From: Candidatus Chisholmbacteria bacterium
GTDB taxonomy: Bacteria > Patescibacteriota > Microgenomatia > UBA1400 > JACOWY01
Assembly: GCA_016176555.1 (NCBI GenBank)
Contig: JACOWY010000005.1
Coordinates: forward strand, 1-42,933
DNA length: 42,933 bases
Direction: 5' to 3'
Shown here: in pieces, positions 9,079-16,700 of the stretch
How the letters are laid out: each line of letters starts with the position of its first letter
How positions within the stretch are numbered: the first letter of the stretch is position 1
Notes under the pieces: model-generated
Seen by the model: the letters and a program-made list of their open reading frames with translations, nothing else
Told to the model about the DNA's origin: nothing
Databases searched by the model: none
Made by a program: the position numbers and the translations under genes

Positions 9079-9843
9079 CTAATCTTCTAGTCGTTCAACC
9101 GACAAAACATCTCCTGTTTTGACTTGGAATTTCTCCACCGCCGAACCAAGGCGTTGGGCAACCTCCAAAGTTTGATGACTTCCTTCATAAATTAGTAGCT
9201 CCCCTGGACCAACATCTTCAAAAGTTTTGCAAAATGGTATAACCGCTTCAAAAACTGAACTTCCAACTAATACCCTATCTCCCGCACTAAAATTTGTCGC
9301 TTCTGAGCTTAATTTAATATTCCCATAGGGATCAACGTGTACCACTTGGTAGGGAGAAAACTCCAGTGGAATAATTTCCGTTGTCTCCAGTGGCACGCAA
9401 AATTCTTCCAGCCTCACTCCTCGCGTTAATAACCCTGCTGCCCGAGCAAAAACATCTCTGCCATGGAAAGTGTTTGATCTAATCGGAGCAATCCTGTCTT
9501 CTTCTAGTCGATAGGCTTGAATAATGCCATCGTCTCTCGCCGCCGGGTACAACAACCCATTATTCGGTCCAATAAACCAGTGATTTCTTGATCGAATTAA
9601 TAATCCAGACCTTTCCGAACCGACTCCAGGATCCACCACTCCTAAGTGTATTGACCCAGGTGGAGCCAATCTATAAACCTTAGACAGTACAAACGCCCCT
9701 TCAATAACTGAAAACGGGGAAACCGTATTTGAAACGTTAACAATCCGCGCTTCTCCGTTTAAGGCAGCAATAACTAGCTCTAGCTGTGCTAAAGCAAAGG
9801 CATCACCGAAATCAGTTGTGACCGTTATTACTTCTTTAGGCAT
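9079..9843 (-). CDS. DUF62 family SAM hydrolase (SAM hydroxide adenosyltransferase; chlorinase/fluorinase superfamily)
   Basis: TTDFG, VVDPGVGSER, GPNNG, TFHGRDVF and VDPYGN motifs; the Asp-Arg-His residues typical of the hydrolase branch are present. Confidence 0.9.
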   Translation of the reverse strand: MPKEVITVTTDFGDAFALAQLELVIAALNGEARIVNVSNTVSPFSVIEGAFVLSKVYRLAPPGSIHLGVVDPGVGSERSGLLIRSRNHWFIGPNNGLLYPAARDDGIIQAYRLEEDRIAPIRSNTFHGRDVFARAAGLLTRGVRLEEFCVPLETTEIIPLEFSPYQVVHVDPYGNIKLSSEATNFSAGDRVLVGSSVFEAVIPFCKTFEDVGPGELLIYEGSHQTLEVAQRLGSAVEKFQVKTGDVLSVERLED

Positions 9844-9868
9844 AAAAAACCTCCTGGGAAAGGAGGTT
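9844..9868 (-). terminator. Attenuator terminator that also sequesters the DUF62 Shine-Dalgarno
   Basis: Minus strand AACCTCCT-TTCCC-AGGAGG-TTTTTT-ATG. Confidence 0.8.
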
Positions 9869-9893
9869 AACTTTTGATCTTAAAATTTTAACT

Positions 9894-9980
9894 TTAAATC
9901 TCTTCCACTACCTCCTCTCGCCCATAATTTAATGCGCTCATCATCATTTCCATCATGGCGGAACGAGGCTGAATAATCAT
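9894..9980 (-). CDS. Met-rich leader peptide MIIQPRSAMMEMMMSALNYGREEVVEEI (28 aa)
   Basis: Hand translation; five AUG codons among codons 9-14; lies between a -10 box and a terminator upstream of two Met-related genes. Confidence 0.8.
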   Translation of the reverse strand: MIIQPRSAMMEMMMSALNYGREEVVEEI

Positions 9981-9986
9981 AGGGCT

Positions 9987-9995
9987 ATTATAACA
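9987..9995 (-). promoter_or_regulatory. Extended -10 promoter for a leaderless leader-peptide transcript
   Basis: TGtTATAAT ending 6 nt before the leader ATG. Confidence 0.7.
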
Positions 9996-10036
9996 CAACC
10001 TTACACAAGCTTTACTACCAAACACACTCTTTGTAT

Positions 10037-10405
10037 CTATCCTTTACCCACCATTGACTTAAACAAGTTGGCAATCTTATGTGACCACTTTTCCGCCCAG
10101 ACTTCTGCCTTCACTTTGCGCAATGCCGCTTGTATCCCTGGGTTTCCCATTTGCTCCTGCACCGTGGCCACCGTCGCCGAAGATACTTTCAAAGTTTCTT
10201 TGATATTTTCATACGATCTCCCTTTATCGAGAAACGCCACAATTGCCAGTTTTTTCGCCAAAGCGATGTGTTGCGTCTCGCCCAAAAGGTCTTTCAAAAT
10301 CAACCCCACCTCATCCGGATCTGTCGCATCCGCCAACATTTGGTGTAGCACCCAAAAAAGCTGTTTTTCAATATGCAGATTCAGTCTTCGCGTCGAAGCT
10401 TGCAT
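10037..10405 (-). CDS. TrpR/YerC-YecD-like helix-turn-helix protein
   Basis: DLL.ETQ.IALAKKLAI..FL.KGRSY.NI.ETLKVSSATVA matches the Trp-repressor-like HTH pattern. Confidence 0.8.
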   Translation of the reverse strand: MQASTRRLNLHIEKQLFWVLHQMLADATDPDEVGLILKDLLGETQHIALAKKLAIVAFLDKGRSYENIKETLKVSSATVATVQEQMGNPGIQAALRKVKAEVWAEKWSHKIANLFKSMVGKG

Positions 10406-10441
10406 GGGAAAATGACACTTTAATTAATTAAAGTAAAGCCT

Positions 10442-10462
10442 CTCCGACCTACTAGGTCGGAG
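10442..10462. promoter_or_regulatory. Perfect palindrome upstream of the TrpR-like gene (possible operator or small repeat)
   Basis: CTCCGACCT-act-AGGTCGGAG. Confidence 0.4.
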
Positions 10463-10563
10463 CCTCTTTAAGTTTACAGACTGAAACTACGTACCGAAAG
10501 CCCCAAAACAAAACTCCTCAAGTACCAACCCGTATCACGGGCTTTCTGGTACCGTAGTCCACC

Positions 10564-10896
10564 TTAGCGGCTCTGAAAATAAAAATCAATTGCTACCGTC
10601 AAAGCCAACAAGAGTGCCACGTTCACCACATTCCCGAGCCGCACCAACCGCAAGATTAAAATTACCGTCAAAACCAAAGCGTAGAGAAGCCCTCGCCGAC
10701 TGTTGTTTAAAACTAGTGTGATTAAAAAAAACCAGGCTAAAAAAAAGACCCCAAAAAAAGGCACATAAACCCCAGCCCAAATAAAATCTCTCACCACTAA
10801 GGGATCAACCTGCCACAGCAAAAACCCCAAGCCCCCGAAACTCAGACAGGTTAACACCAAAAGGGGCAACGTCGTTTTTTTCTCTCGTCTCCTCAT
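10564..10896 (-). CDS. Small four-TM membrane protein
   Basis: ORF track 10564..10911, ATG at 10896 preferred; four hydrophobic segments. Confidence 0.75.
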   Translation of the reverse strand: MRRREKKTTLPLLVLTCLSFGGLGFLLWQVDPLVVRDFIWAGVYVPFFGVFFLAWFFLITLVLNNSRRGLLYALVLTVILILRLVRLGNVVNVALLLALTVAIDFYFQSR

Positions 10897-10941
10897 CTTT
10901 CCAAGTATCAATTCTAGAAGCCAGGATGTTAAAATGCCAGC

Positions 10942-11061
10942 ATGGCCGAAACCGAACCCAAAGACACCGCTACTCGCATCAAAGAAATCGCTTGGACTGC
11001 CTTAAAAGCCCTTATCGCTGCTGTCGGCGCTCTTACTCTCGTCAACTGGTTCGCTCAATAA
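10942..11061 (+). CDS. Small membrane protein MAETEPKDTATRIKEIAWTALKALIAAVGALTLVNWFAQ (39 aa); below the ORF-track cutoff
   Basis: TGtTAAAAT 6 nt before ATG; codon style like other + strand genes; one C-terminal hydrophobic helix. Confidence 0.65.
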   Translation: MAETEPKDTATRIKEIAWTALKALIAAVGALTLVNWFAQ

Positions 11062-11086
11062 AATGAACCTATTTCAAAAGTCACAT

Positions 11087-11172
11087 TGTCATCCTGCCTG
11101 CCCGCCTCTGGAGGGAGCAGAGCGAAGGATCTCAACAGATTCTTCTCCCACCTTGGCGGGATCAGAATGACA
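11087..11172. repeat. GTCATCCTG...CAGAATGAC REP-like element with nested CCCGCC/GGCGGG palindromes
   Basis: Ends tgtcatcctg / cagaatgaca; internal agcgaaggatctc...gattcttc. Confidence 0.75.
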
Positions 11173-11201
11173 GTTTTGAAACTTATTCAATATCTTTACC
11201 T

Positions 11202-12234
11202 ATGATCCCCGAGCTCTATTTAATCTCTGCCCTTGTCATCATCGGTTTTGCCCTGCTGGCTTGGTATCTCAATCGTCGCCTGAAAGATCTAAAGGATAGC
11301 AACAAAATGGATACCGCCCTCACCGAATGGTTAAAAAGTATGCAAGCCTCGATTGAAACGGCCTCCAAAACCATCAACCAATCACTCCATGCATCTAATA
11401 AAAATGTCACCGACAGCCTGATGAAATCGTCTCGCGATCTCAACGTCAGGCTTGATAAAGCCGCCGAAGTCATCGGCAAACTCCAAAAAGAAGCCGGCCA
11501 ATTCTCCTCTGTTTCCGAATCCATGCGCGATCTCCAAGCCTTTCTCAAAAGCCCCAAGCTCCGCGGCAACATCGGCGAGCAAGTTCTCCAAGATCTCATC
11601 TCGCAAATTTTCCCCAAAAATTCTTTTCACCTCCAATACAGCTTCAAAGGTGGCGCCAAAGTCGACGCCGCCATCAAAACCGACGCCGGCATTTTGCCCA
11701 TCGACTCCAAACTTCCCATGGAAAACTTTCAACTCTTAATGTCCGTCACCGATAAGACTGAAAAAAAAGCTCGCCCAACGTGCCTTTGTTCACGACGTCA
11801 AAAAACACATCGACGACATCGCTAGAAAATACATTCTTCCCGAAGAAGGCACCATGGATTTCGCCCTCATGTACCTTCCCTCCGAGCCGGTCTACTACGA
11901 AGTCGTTTCTGACACCGAGCTGACTGACTACGCTCGCCGCCGCCGCGTCTACCCCGTTTCTCCCACCACCCTCTACGCGCACTTGCAGATGATCCTCCTC
12001 ACCTTTGAGGGTAAAAAAATCGAATCCACCAGTCGCGAAATCCTTAACTTAATGCGGGGGGTGCGCAAAGACTATGAAAAAGTCGAAGTCCATCTCACTA
12101 CCCTCGGTTCCCACATCGGCAACGCCTACAACAAGTTCTCCGAAGTCGACCGCTCTTTTACCCTCATGGGTCAAAAACTCTCTTCGTCCACCCAACTCGA
12201 AGCCAAGGAAAAACAGCTCAAACTGGAGGAGTAG
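11202..12234 (+). CDS. rmuC: DNA recombination protein RmuC, split by one extra A in a poly-A tract (11761-11768)
   Basis: PKLRGNIGE, IDSK.P, then in the shifted frame HIDDIARKYILPEEGTMDFALMYLPSE and VSPTTL. Removing one A joins the two track ORFs. Confidence 0.85.
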
Positions 12235-12237
12235 TCA

Positions 12238-12780
12238 ATGGTTCAAAGTTTCACTTCTAAGTCAGGTCGACACATCAATCTCCGGCCGCCGAAGGCAAGC
12301 GACGTTATGATTCTCCAAAACTACATCAACGCTCTCGTCGCCGAAGACGCGCCAATTTTGATTAATAGACAACAAACCATCTCCCAAGAAAAAGAACACG
12401 TTGCCAATATCATGAAGGCCATCAAAGCAGGGGAAAGAGTTCAGCTCCTCGCCTTTCACGGCCCAAAGTTAATCGCCAACGCCCAAGTTGTCAAAGGCAA
12501 ATACCGTATGTCCCACGTCGGCACCTTTGGCATTTCTGTGGCCAAAGACTATCGAGATGATGGTATCGGTAAAAAGCTCGCCGCAGCCATCATTAAGCTC
12601 GCTATTAACAATCTAAAAACTAAACTATTCGAGTTAACCGTTCATGATGACAACCCTCGCGCCCTTCATCTCTATGAGAAATTAGGTTTTAAAAAAATCG
12701 GTGTCTTACCCAAAGCCACTCAGTATAAACAAGATCTCGTCGACTTAGTTTACATGTACCGTTGGATAGGGAAGTCCTAA
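12238..12780 (+). CDS. GNAT family N-acetyltransferase
   Basis: GISVAKDYRDDGIG and NPRALHLYEKLGF motifs. Confidence 0.9.
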   Translation: MVQSFTSKSGRHINLRPPKASDVMILQNYINALVAEDAPILINRQQTISQEKEHVANIMKAIKAGERVQLLAFHGPKLIANAQVVKGKYRMSHVGTFGISVAKDYRDDGIGKKLAAAIIKLAINNLKTKLFELTVHDDNPRALHLYEKLGFKKIGVLPKATQYKQDLVDLVYMYRWIGKS

Positions 12781-15668
12781 TGGTTCGCTCAGTTTCTCCG
12801 AATTTCCAACAGTTAAAAGCCATCAAGCACCCTAAAGGCGCGCTGCTCATCGTTGCCGGTGCCGGTACCGGCAAAACCACGGTTATCACCGAGCGCATCA
12901 AGTTCCTCATCCATAAAAAAAACATTGCTTCCCATAACATCCTCGCCGTCACCTTCACCGACAAAGCCGCCGCCGAAATGCTCGAGCGCCTCGACGTCGT
13001 CATGCCCTTAGGTTACGAAGAACCGTGGTTATCAACGTTCCAAAGCTTCTGCGATCGCCTCCTCAAGGTCGAAGGGCTAGAGATTGGCCTCGATCCCAAC
13101 TATCGGATTCTTTCCCCCCCCGAGCAATGGATTCTCATCCGCAAAAACCTCTTTGATTTCCAGCTTTCCTACTACCGCCCCCTCGGTAACCCCACTAAAT
13201 TTATCTCCGCTCTGCTCACCTTTTTCTCCCGCGCCCAAGACGAAGATGTTAGTCCAGAAAAACTTATCAAATATGCAAAAAACCTTTCAGTGCCCTCAGC
13301 CAAACTCAGTGCCCTCAGTGGCTCAAAAACCCATTCGGAGGGTAAAAAAATCTTTCGAGAAGAAAAGGCCAAGCTTCTCGAAGTCGCCCAAGCCTACCAA
13401 ACCTACACCGACCTCAAACGAAAAGAATCTCTCCTCGACTTTGGCGATCTCATTACTGGCACCATCGAACTGTTTAAAAAAAGGCAAAACGTCTTAAGCA
13501 AATATCAACAACAGTTTAAGCATATCCTCGTCGACGAATTCCAAGATACCAACTACGCCCAATACGAGCTCCTCAAACTCCTCGCTCCCGCCACAACCAA
13601 TCCCAATCTCATCGTCGTCGGCGACGACGATCAATCAATTTACAAATTCAGGGGCGCCGCCATCAGCAATATTCTAGAGTTTAAATCCGATTACCCCAAA
13701 GCCAAAACTGTTGTCCTCACCCAAAACTACCGTTCCACCCAACCCATCCTCACTGCCGCCCATAGCCTCATCCAAAACAATAACCCCGACCGGCTGGAAA
13801 TCAAACTCAAGCTCAACAAAAAACTCGAGCCCACCAGAAAATCCAGAGCCACAGAAAAACCCCACATCATCTCTCTCTCCACCGAAGAAGAAGAAACCGA
13901 ATGGGTCACCCAAAAAATCCTCGAACTCACCGCCCGTGAGCCATATACTTACAAAGACTTTGCCATTTTGGCTCGCTCTAATAACCAACTCGATCCGTTT
14001 GTCAGCGTCTTCCGCCGCCACGGCCTTCCCTACCAACTAGTCGGCAATCGTGGCCTGTTTGATCGCGCAGAAATAAACTTCCTCATCCACTTTCTCAAAG
14101 TCGTCGTCGACCCCACCGATTCCACCTCCCTCTTTCATTTACTTTCGCACCCTAGCCTCAAGTTTAATGCCGCCGATATTCTTGATCTCTTAAGAGAATC
14201 ACGCCGCCACCGCACCTCCTTGTGGCACCGGTTGCGGCAAAAATCAGCTGCCAAAAATCAGAAAGTTGTCGATCTCATTGAGGGTTTCAGCCGCCAAGTC
14301 TCCTCTACCTCTCCCACCAAAATCCTCTACAGTTTCCTCCAGAGAACCGACCTTTTAAAAGAGTTAACCCAAATCCCAACTTTAGAAAACGAGCTCCAGA
14401 TCAAAAACATCAATCTCTTTCTCTCCCTTGCCAAAAAGTTTGAAGCCGAAAATCCCGCTCCCACCGTCATCGAATTTGTCGATTACCTCGAGCTTCTTCT
14501 CGAAGCCGGCGACAACCCCGCCCAAGCCGAAATTGAAGACGTCGACACCGTCAGACTCATCACCATCCATTCTGCCAAAGGCTTAGAATTTCCTGTCGTC
14601 TTTATTCCCGGCCTCATTACCGGCCGCTTTCCCTCTGTTTCCCGTCGTGACCCCATCGAGTTTCCTGAGAGACTCATTAAAGAAACGTTGCCGAAAGGTG
14701 ACGAGCACCTCCAAGAAGAACGTCGCCTTCTTTACGTCGGCCTCACTCGAGCGCGGGATTACCTCTATCTCACCTGGGCCAAAGACGTCGGCGGAGTCAG
14801 AAAAAGATATCCTTCCGGTTTTCTCCATGAAACTCAACTACCTTCAATTACCCCCGAAACTTCTCCCCAAAAATCACTCTTGGCCATTGCCCCCAAAACC
14901 CCACTTCGCATTACTCGCCTCGCTCGTGGTCGAATTGATCTCAAATTCGTCAGCTACTCCCAAATCGACACTTTTAAAACCTGCCCCCTCAAATACAAAT
15001 ACCGCTACGTCCTTCAGGTGCCCGCCAAACCGCACCACGCCCTGACTTTCGGCCAAAGCCTCCACGACACCCTCCGCCATTTTCATCAATTCGAACTAAA
15101 GGGCCAAAAGCTCGGTCTTCAAGATCTTCTCTCCATCTATAAACACTACTTCCGTTCCGATGGTTATGAGTCAGAAACCCACAAGAAAGCCCGCTTTCTC
15201 GCCGGCCGAAAAGCTCTTAGACAGTACTTCAAGGTCTATCAAAAAAAACTCGGCCAACCCATTGAACTAGAAAAAAGCTTTCGCCTCAAAATCGCCGGCA
15301 TTCCCCTCATTGGCCGCATCGACCGCATCGACAAAATTGCTGGCGAGCATGAAATTGTCGACTACAAAACCGGCGCCAGCCAAGACAAGAAAAAAGTCGA
15401 CGTCGACGAACAATTAAGCATTTACGCCTTAGCTGCCAGAGAATCTCTGCATCTTAGCCTCAAAAGCTTAAGCCTCTATTTTCTCGATTCCAACGAAAAA
15501 GTCTCTACTACCCGATCCAATCAGGATATGGATAGTACCCTCACTCGTCTTCAAACCACCATTAAGGCTATGAAAAACTCAGATTTTCCCCCCAAACCCG
15601 GCTACCCCTTCCCTTGCGGCTTTTGCGAATACAACCGTATTTGCCCCTTTGCGGCCAAGCGAAAATAA
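12780..15668 (+). CDS. UvrD/Rep family helicase with C-terminal PD-(D/E)XK nuclease domain
   Basis: AGAGTGKT, DEFQDTN, VGDDDQSIY, TIHSAKGLEF and EERRLLYV; then GRIDRID...VDYKTG with CP...CxxC..C cysteines. Start at ATG 12780 overlaps the GNAT stop. Confidence 0.92.
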   Translation: MVRSVSPNFQQLKAIKHPKGALLIVAGAGTGKTTVITERIKFLIHKKNIASHNILAVTFTDKAAAEMLERLDVVMPLGYEEPWLSTFQSFCDRLLKVEGLEIGLDPNYRILSPPEQWILIRKNLFDFQLSYYRPLGNPTKFISALLTFFSRAQDEDVSPEKLIKYAKNLSVPSAKLSALSGSKTHSEGKKIFREEKAKLLEVAQAYQTYTDLKRKESLLDFGDLITGTIELFKKRQNVLSKYQQQFKHILVDEFQDTNYAQYELLKLLAPATTNPNLIVVGDDDQSIYKFRGAAISNILEFKSDYPKAKTVVLTQNYRSTQPILTAAHSLIQNNNPDRLEIKLKLNKKLEPTRKSRATEKPHIISLSTEEEETEWVTQKILELTAREPYTYKDFAILARSNNQLDPFVSVFRRHGLPYQLVGNRGLFDRAEINFLIHFLKVVVDPTDSTSLFHLLSHPSLKFNAADILDLLRESRRHRTSLWHRLRQKSAAKNQKVVDLIEGFSRQVSSTSPTKILYSFLQRTDLLKELTQIPTLENELQIKNINLFLSLAKKFEAENPAPTVIEFVDYLELLLEAGDNPAQAEIEDVDTVRLITIHSAKGLEFPVVFIPGLITGRFPSVSRRDPIEFPERLIKETLPKGDEHLQEERRLLYVGLTRARDYLYLTWAKDVGGVRKRYPSGFLHETQLPSITPETSPQKSLLAIAPKTPLRITRLARGRIDLKFVSYSQIDTFKTCPLKYKYRYVLQVPAKPHHALTFGQSLHDTLRHFHQFELKGQKLGLQDLLSIYKHYFRSDGYESETHKKARFLAGRKALRQYFKVYQKKLGQPIELEKSFRLKIAGIPLIGRIDRIDKIAGEHEIVDYKTGASQDKKKVDVDEQLSIYALAARESLHLSLKSLSLYFLDSNEKVSTTRSNQDMDSTLTRLQTTIKAMKNSDFPPKPGYPFPCGFCEYNRICPFAAKRK

Positions 15669-15672
15669 TTCC

Positions 15673-15737
15673 TACAACCGCATCTGTTTACCCTGTAGCG
15701 AATCTTTACGGGCCCCTTCGCTGTCAAGAAAAGGTAA
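15673..15737 (+). repeat. Second copy of the helicase-nuclease 3' end (YNRICPFAVKKR*) interrupted by a short TTTACCC...TACGGG element (15687-15712)
   Basis: tacaaccgcatctg[insert]ccccttcgctgtcaagaaaaggtaa versus tacaaccgtatttgcccctttgcggccaagcgaaaataa. Confidence 0.85.
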
Positions 15738-15778
15738 TACTCTTGACAACAAGTAACAGTGATAAACTGATAAATCAT

Positions 15779-15931
15779 ATGAAGCAAAACAAATCCGCAT
15801 CAAAACCCGACTTCTTTTCTTTCCGGGGCTCTCTTAAGGACAAAAAACTTCCTTCTGAGAAAACTATAGACAAAATCTCTCAACAATTTGCTGTTAAGCG
15901 CTACTTAAGAAGCCTCAAATATTCTCAATGA
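15779..15931 (+). CDS. Small antitoxin-like protein (50 aa)
   Basis: KPDFFSFRGSLK resembles VapB/AbrB-type antitoxin tails; ATGA overlap with a following MTSFIDT start. Confidence 0.45.
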   Translation: MKQNKSASKPDFFSFRGSLKDKKLPSEKTIDKISQQFAVKRYLRSLKYSQ

Positions 15932-15950
15932 CTAGTTTCATCGATACCAA
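15928..15950 (+). pseudogene. N-terminal remnant of a PIN-domain (VapC-like) toxin
   Basis: MTSFIDT resembles the PIN start motif hhDT(N/S); similarity ends just before the third helicase-end copy. Confidence 0.35.
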
Positions 15951-15981
15951 AATAGAGTTAAGGATATCACCCGCCGCAAAC

Positions 15982-16126
15982 CCTAACCCTGGCTTCTCTT
16001 CCCCTGCAGCTTCTACGAATCAACCGCATCTGTTTACCCCGTTGAATTTCCGAATATGAATCCGGCACAGCCGGAGAATAAGTCGAAAATTCTCTACGGG
16101 GTCCTTTCGCGGCCAAGAAAAAGTAA
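15982..16126 (+). repeat. Third copy of the helicase-nuclease 3' end, interrupted by a TTTACCCCGT...TACGGGG element (16033-16101)
   Basis: PNPGF-FPCSFYE-NRIC[insert]PFAAKKK* versus PKPGYPFPCGFCEYNRICPFAAKRK*, with two 1-nt deletions. Confidence 0.85.
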
Positions 16127-16169
16127 GTCTTGCTGTTAATTGTTACCAAATTCTATTGGTAGACGAATA

Positions 16170-16592
16170 CTACTCATTAGAAAGTTTTCTAAATTCCCTT
16201 ATTTTTTTATAATTTCCGGCCGAAAGCCTTAACCTATCAGCTCCCACAGATATCCCTACAGGAGGGATAAACATTCCTGTAACAAGCACAACACTATCGA
16301 TAAATAGTTGGTTATAACCATGCAGATCTTTTGATGTAGACTTTTGAGGTAATGTGGGATTCAGTTCTGTAGCGCCTAAATTCAAGCCCACTTCAGTTAT
16401 TTTTATATCAGCCAACGTACCTAAGATATAAATTCCTGCTGAAACAGCTGCCGATTCCATCACAAACTCAGGTCCTATCAGATATAGTCCCCCAAACCAT
16501 ATTGCAAAGGAACCAATACCCACCGCAGTCAACAACCCAATTCTACTTCGAAAATTAGCAAAATATTCCGCCCTTCTGTCCAACTCATTCAT
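16170..16592 (-). CDS. Hypothetical membrane protein
   Basis: Three to four hydrophobic segments, D...T..GL..GA.ELNP motif; TATACT 7 nt before ATG. Confidence 0.7.
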   Translation of the reverse strand: MNELDRRAEYFANFRSRIGLLTAVGIGSFAIWFGGLYLIGPEFVMESAAVSAGIYILGTLADIKITEVGLNLGATELNPTLPQKSTSKDLHGYNQLFIDSVVLVTGMFIPPVGISVGADRLRLSAGNYKKIREFRKLSNE

Positions 16593-16700
16593 AACCTATA
16601 GTATACATTATTAGGAAAAACTTTATTTGGTCATCAGATGATTAGATTCCATCTCTTGTGGTTTCACGCTTATCATTTCGTCACACTAAGAAAAATAACA

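Noticed and set aside
9079-9843. SAM-dependent fluorinase or chlorinase
   Set aside because: The DPGVG..R and FHGRD residues point to the hydrolase branch; there is no halometabolite gene context.
9844-10030. T-box or SAM riboswitch upstream of the DUF62-metG genes
   Set aside because: No T-box UGGNACC antiterminator bulge or SAM-I core is visible, the leader is short, and the Met-codon ORF explains the pairings.
15590-16126. Diversity-generating retroelement template/variable repeat pair
   Set aside because: Differences are not confined to adenines, are mostly synonymous, and no reverse transcriptase is in the window.
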